Below the pieces are notes generated by a model. That model saw nothing but the letters and a program-made list of their open reading frames with translations. It was not told the origin of the DNA and searched no databases. Made by a program: the position numbers and the translations under genes. A stretch of DNA of 56,150 nucleotides. It comes from a virus (lineage: Duplodnaviria > Caudoviricetes). Positions 55,630 through 56,150 of this stretch are shown in pieces. Where the stretch lies: positions 1 through 56,150 of the IMG/VR virus record IMGVR_UViG_3300037097_000033. One strand, given 5' to 3'. Position 1 is the first letter of the stretch. Each line of letters begins with the position of its first letter.

Positions 55630-56150
55630 CAACTGAAGCCGCGACCAAGCTCGCACCTTTCGGCGTCGAGCATGTCAAAAGCGTTTGCCGGGACATCCTC
55701 TTCCCCGACAACATGACGCCCGACGAAACGGCCGACCTGCGGTGGGGGTTCCGGCTCAATAGCCTCGACTTCACCTCGCACGGCGAGTACCACTGGGCCG
55801 AAGCCAGCGGCCCGTTTACTCAGTTGCCCAGCGCGTGTCCATCGGCCGAGGGCGACGGGATTTGCATCGCCAAGACCGTCAGCGGGGCGCAGTCCGGTAG
55901 CGGACGGTTCGGCAAGTCAACCGGCCTGCTGGTGGCGTACCTGCCCGCCGACCTGCTGGCAGAGGAAACCGACAAGCTCCGCGTCAAACGGGCGTGGGTG
56001 GCTGACGTGTTTGACCCGGTACGGGCACTCCTTCTCTCCGGGGCCGACCTCTTCGGGGCCGACCTCTCCGGGGCCTACCTCTCCGGGGCCGACCTCTCCG
56101 GGGCCGACCTCTCCGGGGCCGACCTCTCCGGGGCCAACCTCTCCGGGGCC
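55626..56150 (+). CDS. pentapeptide-repeat protein (runs off window end)
   Basis: open frame from ATG 55626 ending in (A[DNY]L[SF]G)n encoded by 15-bp repeats from about 56034. Confidence 0.85.
   Translation, partial: MTTEAATKLAPFGVEHVKSVCRDILFPDNMTPDETADLRWGFRLNSLDFTSHGEYHWAEASGPFTQLPSACPSAEGDGICIAKTVSGAQSGSGRFGKSTGLLVAYLPADLLAEETDKLRVKRAWVADVFDPVRALLLSGADLFGADLSGAYLSGADLSGADLSGADLSGANLSGA

Noticed and set aside
56034-56150. 15-bp tandem repeat as a DNA-level or guide-like element
   Set aside because: Fully explained by in-frame pentapeptide (ADLSG) coding repeats.

Overview
GC-rich, near-complete genome of a tailed phage or prophage, probably from an actinobacterial host (inference). It has a contractile tail (sheath, tube, baseplate J, gp25-like wedge). 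The + strand at 1-10.9 kb and 54.7-56.15 kb carries early genes: PD-(D/E)XK exonuclease, intein-split Bet recombinase, VRR-NUC, SNF2-like helicase plus DNA methyltransferase, an iteron-bearing replication initiator, Cro-like, SWIM and pentapeptide-repeat genes. The - strand at 11-54.5 kb carries a repressor, a tRNA(CAT), terminase, portal, MuF, protease/scaffold, capsid, neck, tail and lysis genes. No integrase is visible. Highlights: (1) an antisense moron at 27.2-28.5 kb encodes a lone Cas7/RAMP-like protein and a coupled accessory protein, followed by a non-coding array with strict 5-nt (GGY-NN) periodicity punctuated by GGCA, a candidate CRISPR-independent RNA-guided system; (2) a MuF intein carries an HTH/DUF559-like endonuclease entirely on its antisense strand; (3) a TnpB-only IS605-family element with deducible ends and TAM sits between the RBS and start codon of a baseplate gene; (4) a gene-cassette array whose members begin with the same MTPDR(VAEA) repeat. 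Protein calls come from motif recognition and synteny, not database searches.
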